A stretch of DNA of 64,000 nt from an uncultured bacterium (GTDB lineage Bacteria; Patescibacteriota; Minisyncoccia; Phycocordibacterales; UBA9973). The translations under genes and the position numbers were made by a program. Below the pieces are notes generated by a model. That model saw only the letters and a list, made by a program, of their open reading frames with translations, made no database searches and was not told the origin of the DNA. Positions 62,859-64,000 of the stretch are shown piece after piece. Every line of letters begins with the position of its first letter. Position 1 is the first letter of the stretch. Where the stretch lies: positions 1,315 to 65,314 of the forward strand of contig CAIQAL010000028.1 in assembly GCA_903869825.1 (NCBI GenBank), given 5' to 3'.

Positions 62859-63632
62859 CTAATTTTTATCTAAATTTTGTAGTTCCTCCTGGAGTGCCTC
62901 GATTTGGGATTTAATTTGCTGTTTAGCTTCTTCGCTTAGATTTATTTCTCCAGACTTATTTTCTAAGAGATTTCTATACCTTACGATTGCTTCATTGTCG
63001 TTTGAAATTATGTCTTTCCCAATTGCGATTAAATGCTTCAACCTACCTATCTCTTCACTACTCTGGCCTACCATACTTGCCATTTCCTCTTCTAATTCAG
63101 CTGCTTTTTTGGGCGAAACATCACGTTTGAGGTGTCCAATTCTTTCTTTTGTATCAGATTTATAAGAATTAAGTTTCTCTACTTTTTCTTTCAACTCTGC
63201 AAAGTTTTTTTTGTAATTTTCTATTTCTTTTGACAATTCTCTCACAAGAAGAGGTGCTTTTTCTGCAAATTCTTCAGCCAGTATTTCTTCAAATCTTTCT
63301 CCCATGTCTTCTTCTTGTTCTTTGTACTCACTCATTACTTTGTTCAATAACCCTTCGGCTTCTTCTTCCTCCACAGACATGGAAAATTTTATTTTTTCTA
63401 TTTCCTTAAATAGATCTTTATCATCTGGGCCCTCCGGTAAATTGCTTAATTTTTCTTTTGCTATTGAAATTCTTTCTTTCCAACTATTTAGAAGTGTTCT
63501 TATTTCTTCTATTTTTTCTTGTGCCTCTGGGTTTTTAATATCCTTTCCTTTCCTGTCCAATGAATTAACTCTGAGTTCCACCTTCCTTAATTCTTCGTTT
63601 GCTTGATTTTTATTTTCTATTCCTTTAATCAT
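62859..63632 (-). CDS. coiled-coil protein, hypothetical
   Basis: 257 aa, highly charged E/K-rich heptad-like sequence, no enzymatic motifs. Confidence 0.35.
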   Translation of the reverse strand: MIKGIENKNQANEELRKVELRVNSLDRKGKDIKNPEAQEKIEEIRTLLNSWKERISIAKEKLSNLPEGPDDKDLFKEIEKIKFSMSVEEEEAEGLLNKVMSEYKEQEEDMGERFEEILAEEFAEKAPLLVRELSKEIENYKKNFAELKEKVEKLNSYKSDTKERIGHLKRDVSPKKAAELEEEMASMVGQSSEEIGRLKHLIAIGKDIISNDNEAIVRYRNLLENKSGEINLSEEAKQQIKSQIEALQEELQNLDKN

Positions 63633-63639
63633 AAAATTA

Positions 63640-63801
63640 TTCTTTTAACTTTTTTGATAATTCTTCAATTTTTTTTACCTCCCCTTTTTTAATTAAAGAT
63701 TTGATTAAAGACAGGGCCTGTTGCCCTTTTTCATTTATATTTTTGGCTGCATTATTGTAAATTTCTTCAATTTTTTTAGCTTGTTCTTCTTTGGTAGTCA
63801 T
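63640..63801 (-). CDS. possible small protein (53 aa)
   Basis: ORF MTTKEEQAKKIEEIYNNAAKNINEKGQQALSLIKSLIKKGEVKKIEELSKKLKE below size cutoff; right after coiled-coil gene. Confidence 0.2.
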
Positions 63802-64000
63802 TGTATAAGTATACAATATCAGTAATACTAAACAAACTATTTGCTTTAAAAGTGGATATTTTGTATGCTTTAATAAGCATATTATTTATGAAATGAATGT
63901 AATATCTATTTATATTTGATACGTCTTAAATAGTAATAGTTAAAAAACTATAGAAATTATTAATTAATCGAAAAAATATGGAAAATAATAAACACTATGC

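Overview
This is a low-GC (about one-third G+C), gene-dense bacterial window with short intergenic spacers and genes on both strands. The content is overwhelmingly housekeeping: secG, rnj, htrA, guaA, guaB, purA, pyrG, ftsEX, prfB, rpsP, trmD, rnc, a nusB fusion, rpmF, thrS, gyrB, dinB and rarA. There are also many small secreted or membrane proteins, a SWIB-domain protein, several Nudix, HAD and EEP hydrolases, and no biosynthetic operons. The whole picture is consistent with a reduced-genome Patescibacteria/CPR-like organism that uses the standard genetic code; RF2 is present and genes end in TAA or TGA. I found no transposases, CRISPR arrays or rRNA genes. 

The parts that stand out:
- **Cobalamin riboswitch module.** A cobalamin-riboswitch-like leader (sigma70-like promoter, B12-box-like element, intrinsic terminator) sits in front of a two-gene surface module. 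The module combines DUF4430 (transcobalamin-like beta-domain) with an alpha/alpha-barrel protein of the prenyltransferase / squalene-cyclase repeat type. It looks like a split bacterial analogue of transcobalamin / intrinsic factor for B12 capture.
- **Intron-interrupted tRNA.** A tRNA-Thr(GGU) gene on the minus strand carries a ~204-nt group-I-like intron in the anticodon loop. About 130 bp upstream there is a 38-nt duplicate of its 5' exon that already carries the spliced-type anticodon loop.
- **tRNA abutting prfB.** An intact tRNA-Thr(CGU) ends 2-3 nt before the AUG of an N-terminally short prfB. That RF2 lacks the usual +1 frameshift region.
- **Gene fusions.** These include NusB fused to a Nudix domain, a D-Ala-D-Ala carboxypeptidase fused to CapA, a short SMC-like ATPase with no recognisable hinge, and RNase J with a disordered basic N-terminal extension.
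- **Seven-gene operon.** A tight minus-strand operon of small hydrolases and modifying enzymes.
- **DsbB/thioredoxin pair.** A DsbB-like protein next to a membrane-anchored thioredoxin-fold partner.
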